From Alphaproteobacteria bacterium (GTDB lineage: Bacteria > Pseudomonadota > Alphaproteobacteria > MPNO01), in the NCBI GenBank assembly GCA_964291675.2, contig OZ219866.1:544001-608000 (forward strand): 64,000 nt of DNA. The letters run 5' to 3'. A program made the position numbers and the translations under genes. The notes beneath the pieces are model-generated. The model was not told where the DNA came from. It was given only the letters and a program-made list of their open reading frames with translations, and searched no databases. Positions 36,885 through 45,556 of the stretch are shown one piece after another (within the stretch, counting starts at the first letter, position 1; each line of letters opens with the position of its first letter).

Positions 36885-37988
36885 ATGCCGGCCATCGACT
36901 ACGCCGGGGCGCCCGCCCCGGTGCGCGCGGACATCGCCGCCGCGCATGACCGCGCTTGGCGGCGGATCGCCCGCCCGGGAACCTGGCATTCGGGAGAGAC
37001 CCGGGTGCGCATCGCGGCGGAGACCCGGAACGCGCGGAACTGCCGGCTTTGCGCCGCCCGCAAGGCGGCGCTCTCGCCCTATTCGGTGGCGGGCGAACAC
37101 GACAGCCTGGGCGACCTCCCCGACCTCCTGGTCGACGCCATCCACCGGATCGCCACCGATCCCGGACGGCTCACGCGAAAGTGGTACCGGGGCCTGCTCG
37201 ACGACGGCCTTGCCGACGCCGAGTACGTGGAGACTGTGGGCGTCGTCTGCACCACGATATCGGTCGACACGTTCGCCCGCGCGATGGGCATGGATCCGTT
37301 GCCGCTGCCGGAGCCGGTGGCGGGCGAGCCCATCCGCGTCCGCCCGGCGAGCGCGTCCCAGGGCGCGGCCTGGGTGCCGTGGATCGCGCCCGGCGACGCG
37401 GCGGATGACGAGCTCGACATGTTCAGCCCGGAGCACGCGAATATCCACCGGGCGATGAGCCTGGTGCCCGCCGAGGCGCGCGGCTTCTTCGACCTGGTCG
37501 AGACCCAGTACCTCCAGCGCCATCAGATGCGCGATTTCGACAGGGAGTTCCGCGCCATCACCCACGCGCAGATCGAGCTGATCGCGGGCCGGATATCCGC
37601 GATCAACCAATGCGTCTACTGAACCACCAGCCATGCCCTGCTGCTCCGTGCGAGCGGCGAGCACAAGGGTCAGGCGATCGATCTCGACGCGGTCATCGGC
37701 AAGGCCGGCGGCGACGGCGGCATCCCGAACGGCGCCGTCCTGGCGGGTTTCGCGGAGGCGGTGGTGGGCGAGGACGGGAAAAATCTGGCCGAGACCCGCA
37801 GCGCCGTCGTCGACGCGCTGGGGGAAGAGGCGCTGGTGGATTCCTGCGGCGTGGCGGCGACCTTCAACGCGATCGACAGGGTTGCGGACGCGACCGGCAT
37901 TCCGATCGACGAGAAGCGGATCGCGGTGACCGCGGACCTCCGCGACCGGCTCGGCATCGACCGCTTCCCGTCGCGGATGCAGGACTAG
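36885..37988 (+). CDS. AhpD/CMD-related alkylhydroperoxidase-like protein, probable selenoprotein (in-frame UGA at 37620-37622, C-V-Y-U-T motif)
   Basis: QIELIAGRISAINQCVY-TGA-TTSHALLLRASG...; the frame stays open for 121 more codons and ends in an AhpD-like FNAIDRVADATGIP segment; SECIS-like hairpin follows the UGA. Confidence 0.8.
37640..37658 (+). promoter_or_regulatory. Candidate bacterial SECIS hairpin
   Basis: GCTGCTC-CGTGC-GAGCGGC: 7-bp stem (one G-U), 5-nt loop with G at position 2; the loop starts 24 nt after the UGA. Confidence 0.6.
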
Positions 37989-38470
37989 CCCGGCTCGTCG
38001 ACGGCGATCGGAACCCCCGAGGCGTTCTTCGAGCTGCGCACGGCGAGCGCCGACTTGACCACGCTGACATTGGGCGCGGCGGTGAGCCGCGTCGTCAGAA
38101 ATCGCTGATAGGCGTCCCAGTCGGTCGCCACGATCTTGAGCAGGAAATCGGTCTCCCCGGCCAGCATGTGGCACTCGCGGACCTCGGGCCAGGACTCGAT
38201 CAGCGCTTCGAACGCGGTGAGGTCGGGTTCGGCTTGGCTGTGCAGCCCGACATTGGCGAACACCGTCACGCCGAAGCCGAGCGCCTCGGGATCAATCTCC
38301 GCGTGATAGCCGAGGATGCAGCCGGTCTCCTCCAGCGCCCGCACCCGGCGCAGGCAGGGCGGCGGCGAGATGCCGGCGCGGCGCGCGAGCTCGACATTGG
38401 TCATGCGCCCTTCCTCCTGGAGGTCGCGCAGAATGCGAAGATCGATGCGGTCCAGCTTGACCCGGGCCAT
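37985..38470 (-). CDS. lrp: Lrp/AsnC family transcriptional regulator
   Basis: LDRIDLRILRDLQEEGRMTNVELARRAGISPPPCLRRVRALEE, ECHMLAGETDFLLK; divergent from trxB. Confidence 0.92.
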   Translation of the reverse strand: MARVKLDRIDLRILRDLQEEGRMTNVELARRAGISPPPCLRRVRALEETGCILGYHAEIDPEALGFGVTVFANVGLHSQAEPDLTAFEALIESWPEVRECHMLAGETDFLLKIVATDWDAYQRFLTTRLTAAPNVSVVKSALAVRSSKNASGVPIAVDEPG

Positions 38471-38506
38471 GGAAGTCTCTCCATGTCGATGGCGGCTTCG
38501 CCTGGC

Positions 38507-38538
38507 GCAATTATATTAGCCACATCGGCAATTATATT
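38507..38538. promoter_or_regulatory. Direct repeat GCAATTATATT x2 (21-bp period), probable regulator binding sites
   Basis: Exact 11-mers at 38507-38517 and 38528-38538 in the lrp/trxB divergent region. Confidence 0.55.
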
Positions 38539-38641
38539 TCAACCAAAAGCCCGGGCGGCGCGGCCGACGGATGGCTGGAAATCGCGGCGGCAAGTTTCTA
38601 ATTTGCCGCCTGCCTGAACGCTGCGCCGGAGCGGGTTGCCC

Positions 38642-39598
38642 ATGTCCCAGACACGTCACGCCAAGGTCCTGATCGTCGGCTCCGGGCCGGCCGGCTACAC
38701 GGCCGCGGTCTACGCGGCCAGGGCGGCGCTCGACCCGGTCCTGGTCACCGGGATCGAGGTCGGCGGGCAGATGTCCATCACCACCGATGTCGAGAACTAT
38801 CCGGGTTTCGCCGACGTCATCCAGGGGCCGTGGCTGATGGAGCAGATGCACCGCCAGGCGGAGAACGTCGGCACCGCCATGATCCACGACCTGATCGCCG
38901 AGGTCGACCTGTCGTGCCGGCCGTTCCGCTGCACCGGCGACGGCGGCGACGTCTATCTCGCCGACACCCTGATCGTGTCGACCGGCGCCCAGGCGCGCTG
39001 GCTCGGCCTCGCCAGCGAGGCGGCGTTCCAGGGTTTCGGGGTCTCGGCCTGCGCCACCTGCGACGGCTTCTTCTTCCGCGGCCGGGATGTCGCGGTCGTC
39101 GGCGGCGGCAACACCGCGGTGGAAGAAGCGCTCTACCTCACCAACCATGCCTCCAGCGTGACCCTGATCCACCGCCGCGGCGCGCTGCGGGCGGAGAAGA
39201 TCCTGCAGCAGCGCCTGTTCGCGAACGACAGGATCGACGTGGTCTGGAATACGGTGGTCGAAGACGTGCTCGGCACCGAGGACCCCAGGGAGGTTACCGG
39301 GCTCAGGCTGCGCGACGTGGCGTCGGGTGGGCTGTCCGAGCGCAAGGTGGCCGGGCTGTTCGTCGCCATCGGCCACGACCCGGCGACCGGGCTGTTCCGC
39401 GGCCAGATCGACATGGACGCGGACGGCTATATCCGGACCGCCGCCGATTCGACGGCGACCAGCGTGCCGGGCGTGTTTGCCGCCGGCGACGTGCAGGACA
39501 AGATCTACCGCCAGGCGGTCACCGCCGCCGGCAGCGGCTGCATGGCGGCGCTGGAAGCGGAGAAGTTCATTGCCGAGCACGCCGCCGCCGCGGAATAA
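38642..39598 (+). CDS. trxB: Thioredoxin-disulfide reductase
   Basis: [53 protein letters not shown]. Confidence 0.96.
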   Translation: MSQTRHAKVLIVGSGPAGYTAAVYAARAALDPVLVTGIEVGGQMSITTDVENYPGFADVIQGPWLMEQMHRQAENVGTAMIHDLIAEVDLSCRPFRCTGDGGDVYLADTLIVSTGAQARWLGLASEAAFQGFGVSACATCDGFFFRGRDVAVVGGGNTAVEEALYLTNHASSVTLIHRRGALRAEKILQQRLFANDRIDVVWNTVVEDVLGTEDPREVTGLRLRDVASGGLSERKVAGLFVAIGHDPATGLFRGQIDMDADGYIRTAADSTATSVPGVFAAGDVQDKIYRQAVTAAGSGCMAALEAEKFIAEHAAAAE

Positions 39599-39616
39599 GC
39601 GGTCGACCGGCTGGAT

Positions 39617-39642
39617 CTATGCGCTTGTTGCATAGGTGAGTT
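39617..39642 (+). promoter_or_regulatory. LysR-type binding box upstream of the sRNA candidate
   Basis: Perfect inverted repeat CTATGC-N7-GCATAG (T-N11-A) overlapping GCAT-AGG-TG-AGT-T. Confidence 0.6.
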
Positions 39643-39665
39643 GTGATAACGGGTATAGTACCGGG

Positions 39666-39857
39666 CCGCAAGAAGGACCATTTCCCGTTTATCGCAGGGC
39701 GAGGCGGCGGCTGCACGCTCTCGGGGCTCAATCGCCGTGTCGCCGATGCGTTCGGGCGCACAGTAGCGCCCGAAAGGGTCTTCGGACCCTACGTCTCCCA
39801 GACGTGAAGCCTCCCTGTTATACTGGCCCGGAAATCCTCGATTTCCGGGCCTTTTTT
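39666..39857 (+). ncRNA. Candidate trans-acting small RNA (AbcR/alpha-r15-like, anti-Shine-Dalgarno motifs); 5' end uncertain
   Basis: Three abutting hairpins (39751-39774; 39775-39790 with UUCG loop; 39791-39805 with UCCCA loop), unpaired CCUCCCUG, then an intrinsic terminator; TATAGT at 39654-39659. Confidence 0.6.
39825..39857 (+). terminator. Rho-independent terminator
   Basis: GGCCCGGAAATC-CTC-GATTTCCGGGCC followed by TTTTTT. Confidence 0.88.
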
Positions 39858-39938
39858 GCCCGCTTCGCCGTTCGATTGTCCGCCGGGCGGCGGCGGAGCG
39901 GTTTCGCCGGCCATCTTCGCCGGCGTGCCGGCGGGCGC

Positions 39939-42900
39939 TCAGAACCGGGCGTCCAGGCGAAACCCGACCTGGTGCTCGGGCGGGATGTCATCGTTCGCGC
40001 TCTCGCGCCGCCGGGCCTCGAAGGACAGGTCCAGCGCGCCGCCCACCGGCGTCCCGGCCCCCACGCGCACCAGCCGCCAGCCGAAGCTCAGGTCGCGGCC
40101 GGCGTCGGTCAGCGTCACCCCGGCCTCGGGCGTGAGCGTGAAGCGGTCGCCGAAGGCGGCGAAGCCGTAGCCGAACCGCACCCCCAGCCGGCGCCTCGCG
40201 AGGTCGGTGCCGCCTGCCCCGGACCCCGATCCGGGGTTGGCGGAGAGACCCGCCAGAGTGCCGCGTCGGAACAGCGCATCGGCGCCGCCCGAGGTCGATC
40301 CGCCAATACTCTGCGTCAGGCTCAGACGCGGGCCCCGCCCGTCCGGCGCCGGCTCCCAGGAGAGCGAGCCCGACAAGCCGCGCTGGCGGAATCCCTTCGC
40401 CGCATGGCTCAGCAGACCGCGCCCCCTGAGCTCGGCCCGAATGCCGCGCGCCGGGCCGGCGAGCGTGAGAAAGCCGCCGAGGTCGACCCCGAAGCCGGTG
40501 TCCGCGTCGCCCCCGTCATGCCGCAACCCGACCTCCAGCCCCGGTGTCAGCAGCGCTCCGCCGCCTGCCCCGCCCGCACCGGACCCCGATCCGGGGCCCA
40601 GCCGCAGCGGACGGCTCGCCTCCAGGGCAAGGCGCAGCCGCGTCATCCGGGCCCGTGCCGCCGCAAGGTTGCCGCCCGTCCCGGACACCGAACCCGTGGA
40701 CGTGCTCACGATCAGCGCGTCGGTCTTGCCGGCCAGCGTCAGCCCGTCCAGCAAGCCGCCGCCTGCTCCGCCCGCCCGGGACCCCGATCCGGGGTTCAGC
40801 AGCGTGCCGCGCAGCCCCGCCGCCGCCATCCACTGGTGGAGGTCGGTGCGAACCGCAGGCGCCTCGACGGGCTTCAGCGCGAGCTCGCCCGCGCCGTAGC
40901 CCGCCATGCCCCAGCCCTCCAGCCAGCCGCCCAGCATGCGGCGCAGCCAGGCATAGAGCCCGGTCAGGGCGGACTCGACCGTGCCGCCCGTCGCGGCGTC
41001 CCGGCCGGAGCCGCCGCGGTAGCGGCCGTCGCCGAGGCTGCGCGAGGTCACGAGGCCCGCGCTCCACGGCCCCTGCGACCAGTCGGTCCCGAGCATCGCG
41101 GTCGCCACCTCGCCGTCGAGCGAGAGCGCGCCCTCGCGGCCGTCGAATCGCGTCATCGCGCCGCGGCCCCAGACCGACACGAAGCCATCGCCCGCGGTCT
41201 CCCCCGCCACCGAGAAGGACGAGCCCAGCAGCAGCTCGCGGCCGCCCGTCGAGCGGCCCCGGTCCGCCAGCCGGGCCCGCCGCGTCGCGCCTGCCCCGGA
41301 CCCGGATCCGGGACCGGCTTCGGCGTCCCGGGCCTGCCCCGGAGCTCGATCCGGGGCCGCTTGGGCGCGCGCTCGGACCGCCCCGGTCCCGGACGGCGCC
41401 GCGAGGCCGATCCGCTCGCCGCCGACATTCACCTCCGCTCCAGCCTGGCGGACGGCGCGCATCCGGCCCCGCACCGCGTCCAGTACCTGGTCCGCCACCG
41501 TGCGCGCGAAACGCGCGATCCACGCCTTCGGCGTCGCGTCGGTGTTGGTGATCGTCCCCGTCGCCTCGGCGTCCGCCAGCTTCACCCGCGCCGGGCTCGG
41601 GTCGGACAGCGTGAGCGTCATCGTCTCCGAGCCCTCGTCGTGGGTGTCGTTCAGCACCGCGACCGACACCGTTTGCGAAGTCTCGTCGGCCGCGAAGGTC
41701 AGCGTACCGGAGGTCGCCGTGTAGTCATCGCCCGCCATGGCCGTGCCGTCGGCGGTGGCGTAGCGGACGGTCACGGCTTCCGGGAGCGCCCGGCTCAGCG
41801 TCACGACGAATCGGAGGGTCGCCTCGCGGGTCTCCGCGACCGTCGCCTCCGCGACCGAAAGCATGGGCGGGCCCGGCACCGACGCCTCGGCGGCCCTGGC
41901 GAGCGGCCGCCCGCCGATGCACACCGCATGCGTCTCGCCGCAGGGCTGTGCGGGCACGCGGACCGTCACCGCGTCCAAGCCGTCCGGCGCGACCGTCACC
42001 TCCCAGGCGGGGTTCGCGCCGGCGGAAGTCTGCCGCGCCCCGGTCACGCGCCCGCCGGTCGCCTCCAGCACCGAGGCGGCGTCGCGCTTGGGATCGAGCC
42101 CGGCGGGCTCGCCGCTGAAGCGAAGCCCGAGCCTGAACGCCGTCGCCCCGTCATGGCTCTCCGGCACATCGCGGAACACGACGCCCGGTCCCGCGCTGCG
42201 CGCGTTGCGGCCCGACGCGAGGATGCCCTCATGCGCGAGCACGGCGTCGGCCCGGCTCGCCTTGCTGCGGACGGTCCCGCCGTTCAGCGCCAGGCCGTTC
42301 GCCGTCACCCCCATCATGCCGTGCGCGCCGTCCGCCTCGACCAGCGTGTAGGCGAAGACGAGCTCCGCCGTGCCGCCGCCGCTCCGGTAGTCGGCGCTGC
42401 GCGCCGCCGTGCCGCCGAGACCGATACCGACGGAGGGCGTGCCGCCGCCGGTGTCCACCTCAACCGCCTCGCTGAAGGTGAGCGCCACCCGCACGGTCTC
42501 GCCCGGGCTCCAAACGCCGTCCTCGCCCGCCCCGCTCAGCGCCGGCGCGCCCTCCACCGCCGGGGGGTCGACCGCAGCCTGCATGAATGACGGGGGCACG
42601 CTGAGCTTCAACGGGATCGTGTCCCCCTTCGCCCAGACGAGATCGGGCGCCTGCCACTCGTAATCCCCCCAATGCAGCAGGCTCGCATCGGAGAAATCGA
42701 AGCTGCGGCCACAGACATGCAGCCTGAGGGCCGCTTTTTGCGCCGCCGTCAGCTCCTGCGTCGCCCGGTCGGTGTCTCTCGAGTCGCCGGAGCCGATCAG
42801 GCTGAACACCAGGGAACCCGGCGGAGACCGCAGCAGGCCCGTCAGATCGCCGGAGTGGGCGAGGAGCAGCACGTTCCTGCCGATCCGATAGCTGTTCGCG

Positions 42901-44678
42901 CCGAGGTCGATGGCGTCGTCGAGTCCGCTGAGGTCGCCCGTCGCGCTCGACCATCCGTAGCCGACCAGCTCGGTGCGGGGTCCGGCCACGAGAGCGCCGG
43001 CCGTCAGCGTGCCCGCCCAGACCTCGCGGTGCCCGGCAAGCTCGGCCGGGCCGCAAGTCGCCGACTGGATTGGGGCGTGCGGGGGGTAGGCGTCGCTCGT
43101 CCGCTCGGCAGGCTGGCCTTCGGCGGCAAAGGAGACCTTCACCTTGACCTTCTTGCCCAAATCCGCGGCATCCAGGGTGTAGGTGCTGGACGACGCCCCG
43201 GAAATACTCGACTCGTCCATCCCGTCGACCCGTATCCACTCATAGGTAAAGCTGTCGCTGCTGCCGGTGCGGGCGGTCAGCGTCCGACCCACGCGCGCGG
43301 TGCCCGAAATCGACGGTTTCGCGCTCACCACGATATCGAAGCTGTCGGAGGCTTTGCGCCCGTCCCGGTCGCTCGCGGTCACCTTCACCGCCACCCTGCC
43401 CGCATCGCCGGACTGCGGCGTCCCCGAGAAGATGCGCGTGCCCGGAGCGAAGCTCAGCCACGAAGGCAGGGCGGCGCCGTCGTATTGCGTTGCCGAGTAG
43501 GTCAGGGGGGCGGGTTTTCGGCTCGAGAACGCATTCTCCGCAAGCTGGAAACTGAACGCCGTGTCCACCATTGCCGTCCGATCCGCGATCGTGTTGGCGA
43601 CCATCGGCCGATCGATCGCCTTGTTCACGTCAATGGTCATGGCGTAGGTCGTCGCGCTGTCGTCCTTGCCGTCGTTCACCTTGAAGTCGAAGCTCGCGAA
43701 GGCGTTGCCGAAGGCGTTCCCGGGCGGGGCGTAGACCAGCTTGTTCTCCTCCAGCTCCGTCCTGGTGACCGTCTTGGGCAGGTCCCCCGAATCGATCGCG
43801 CCGCCGTCGAACTTCAGCGCGCCCTTGCCCGGCGACGGCAGCGTCGCCACCTTTACGCTCGCCAGGGTGTCGCTGGCGTCCCCGTCCGAGAAGTCGAAGT
43901 CGGCGCCCCGGAAGACGTAGTCCGTGTACTGGTCCGTCGCCACGGTGCCGCTCGAGGCCGTGGGGAGGGCGTTGACCGGGCTGCCGTTGACGCGCAACAG
44001 CATCCTCAGATGGTTGCTTGGAAGCTGGCTCACGCTGAAAGACCCGGAGTCCGAAATACGGAGCTCGTACTTGTCGCTCATGCTGAATCTCGCGGCGGGG
44101 GTTCCGTCGTAACTCGCGGTGTCGGTCCTTCGAAGTTCCAGGTCTGAGGACGTGTTCTTGTCGATCCTCACCCAGTAATGCGTGTCCGGATCCAGCGTGA
44201 CGGTCGAAGCCGGCGTGAAGGTATAGTTGCGCCTCGTGTTCGCCGTCAGGGCCGGGGTCGGATTGTTGAAGGTGACTTCGGTCGTCCCGTTCGCGGAGCC
44301 GCTCCTCAGCGTTACCACGTGATTTCTTGGCGAACCGCCGGCGTCGAGCCTGATCTCGATGCTGGTCAGCGTGTATCCCGCGGCATGGCTTCCCGTGGTG
44401 AATCTCTGGGCGCCGGATGCCGCCTTCAGGTTCAGGTGGCCGTTGTCCCATTGCCCGATATTTCCGATCAACACCTGCGCCTGGGCCGAGCCGGCGACGA
44501 GCACGCCGGCGGCGATCGCAAGGACGCGTAGCGGGATGCTCCCGGACCCCCTTTCGTCATGGCCGGAGCGGGCCGGCCGTCCTCGCCGGCGGGTCGGCGG
44601 GCGTTCGCAACCGGGCGGCCCGGTGCGGGCGGCGGGGGTCGCGCAATTGGGTTCGGGCAAGCGCCGCAAACTGGCCAT
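39939..44678 (-). CDS. Large secreted/outer-membrane adhesin-like protein (cadherin/He_PIG, Ig-like and Calx-beta domains plus autotransporter-like C-terminal barrel)
   Basis: Signal-peptide-like LAIAAGVLVAGSAQA-Q; LPSWLSF..TRIFSGTP (He_PIG); TVRYATADGTAMAGDDYTATSGTLTF (Calx-beta); beta-strand-rich C-terminus ending in F; start uncertain (GGAGAG RBS before 44678). Confidence 0.8.
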   Translation of the reverse strand: MASLRRLPEPNCATPAARTGPPGCERPPTRRRGRPARSGHDERGSGSIPLRVLAIAAGVLVAGSAQAQVLIGNIGQWDNGHLNLKAASGAQRFTTGSHAAGYTLTSIEIRLDAGGSPRNHVVTLRSGSANGTTEVTFNNPTPALTANTRRNYTFTPASTVTLDPDTHYWVRIDKNTSSDLELRRTDTASYDGTPAARFSMSDKYELRISDSGSFSVSQLPSNHLRMLLRVNGSPVNALPTASSGTVATDQYTDYVFRGADFDFSDGDASDTLASVKVATLPSPGKGALKFDGGAIDSGDLPKTVTRTELEENKLVYAPPGNAFGNAFASFDFKVNDGKDDSATTYAMTIDVNKAIDRPMVANTIADRTAMVDTAFSFQLAENAFSSRKPAPLTYSATQYDGAALPSWLSFAPGTRIFSGTPQSGDAGRVAVKVTASDRDGRKASDSFDIVVSAKPSISGTARVGRTLTARTGSSDSFTYEWIRVDGMDESSISGASSSTYTLDAADLGKKVKVKVSFAAEGQPAERTSDAYPPHAPIQSATCGPAELAGHREVWAGTLTAGALVAGPRTELVGYGWSSATGDLSGLDDAIDLGANSYRIGRNVLLLAHSGDLTGLLRSPPGSLVFSLIGSGDSRDTDRATQELTAAQKAALRLHVCGRSFDFSDASLLHWGDYEWQAPDLVWAKGDTIPLKLSVPPSFMQAAVDPPAVEGAPALSGAGEDGVWSPGETVRVALTFSEAVEVDTGGGTPSVGIGLGGTAARSADYRSGGGTAELVFAYTLVEADGAHGMMGVTANGLALNGGTVRSKASRADAVLAHEGILASGRNARSAGPGVVFRDVPESHDGATAFRLGLRFSGEPAGLDPKRDAASVLEATGGRVTGARQTSAGANPAWEVTVAPDGLDAVTVRVPAQPCGETHAVCIGGRPLARAAEASVPGPPMLSVAEATVAETREATLRFVVTLSRALPEAVTVRYATADGTAMAGDDYTATSGTLTFAADETSQTVSVAVLNDTHDEGSETMTLTLSDPSPARVKLADAEATGTITNTDATPKAWIARFARTVADQVLDAVRGRMRAVRQAGAEVNVGGERIGLAAPSGTGAVRARAQAAPDRAPGQARDAEAGPGSGSGAGATRRARLADRGRSTGGRELLLGSSFSVAGETAGDGFVSVWGRGAMTRFDGREGALSLDGEVATAMLGTDWSQGPWSAGLVTSRSLGDGRYRGGSGRDAATGGTVESALTGLYAWLRRMLGGWLEGWGMAGYGAGELALKPVEAPAVRTDLHQWMAAAGLRGTLLNPGSGSRAGGAGGGLLDGLTLAGKTDALIVSTSTGSVSGTGGNLAAARARMTRLRLALEASRPLRLGPGSGSGAGGAGGGALLTPGLEVGLRHDGGDADTGFGVDLGGFLTLAGPARGIRAELRGRGLLSHAAKGFRQRGLSGSLSWEPAPDGRGPRLSLTQSIGGSTSGGADALFRRGTLAGLSANPGSGSGAGGTDLARRRLGVRFGYGFAAFGDRFTLTPEAGVTLTDAGRDLSFGWRLVRVGAGTPVGGALDLSFEARRRESANDDIPPEHQVGFRLDARF
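40213..41356. repeat. Five dispersed copies of a ~21-24 bp palindrome (GCCCCGGAC-NNN-GATCCGGGG) within the surface-protein CDS
   Basis: Copies at 40213-40236, 40576-40596, 40771-40794, 41290-41312 and 41333-41356. Confidence 0.8.
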
Positions 44679-45205
44679 GGGCAGCTCTCCACATACTCTG
44701 CTGCCGGTCCCGCGGACCGGCCGGAACTCGCGCGCCGACGGTGCTCGCCCTCCCCGCCCGCCACGCACACCAGTCTTCGCCAAGTTGCACAATTCCCGAT
44801 AGTCAATAGTTGGAGGATATACATTCATAAATTCATGTAATGTGACGTATTGACCCAGCGTTGGAGCGGGCCCCCGAAGACCGGACGGGTGGCTGGAGAC
44901 GGTTCGACGGGGCATGGGACATTCGACGGATCGACGCCGATGCCGATGCACCAGGCCGGCGGCTTCGCCTGCGGGCGCCGGGTCGTTCGGCAGCACCTCG
45001 CCGGGCGGGCGGATAAATTCCCCTTCCCCCTTGAAAGGACGCTCGGGATCGCTATCTAATGCGCGCCAAGCAATCCAGGCGGGTATTCGATGGCCCGTAC
45101 CACCCGACAAAGTTGTTCGACATCGGCCCCCCCCGGCGGCATCCGGTCCAACCGGCGCGGGACGATACCCGGTGCGGCGGGCGACGCGCAGACGAGGCCG
45201 GTGAG

Positions 45206-45556
45206 ATGAGGAAGGGCAGGTTCGCCAACAACCCGTCCGCGGTGACCGCGGCGCGTCACCTCAGGGAATTCGGGTTTACCGGTTGGCACCTCAGACGGAC
45301 CGGAAAATACGATCCCGCCACCGACACCCTCGCAGCGCCGGAGAACCGGGTCGAGCGCAAGGTGGTCGAGGCCCTGCAATACCTGGTCCAGGATCGACCG
45401 GTGCGCGACGACGGTGCGGTGTTCCTGATGGCCGGCGAGCCGCGGCCGAGAGCGGGCGACGGGCTGGTCGCCCTGACCCGCCACTGGCTGATCGACACGG
45501 TCGACGTCATGGATTCGGGCGTGGACGAAAGAATTTACGTCGTGGTCTGCGTCTGA
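45206..45556 (+). CDS. Hypothetical protein, possibly phage head-completion/head-tail joining-like
   Basis: 116 aa with TGKYDPAT and P.AGD...W.I..V...Y patterns reminiscent of phage head-closure proteins; weak support. Confidence 0.4.
   Translation: MRKGRFANNPSAVTAARHLREFGFTGWHLRRTGKYDPATDTLAAPENRVERKVVEALQYLVQDRPVRDDGAVFLMAGEPRPRAGDGLVALTRHWLIDTVDVMDSGVDERIYVVVCV

Noticed and set aside
40213-41356. CRISPR array interpretation of the repeated palindrome
   Set aside because: Irregular spacing (about 20 to 500 bp), degenerate copies, location inside a CDS and no cas genes
44679-45110. N-terminal 144-codon extension of the surface-protein ORF given in the track
   Set aside because: Runs through an AT-rich promoter-like region with non-coding composition; an RBS and signal peptide lie downstream
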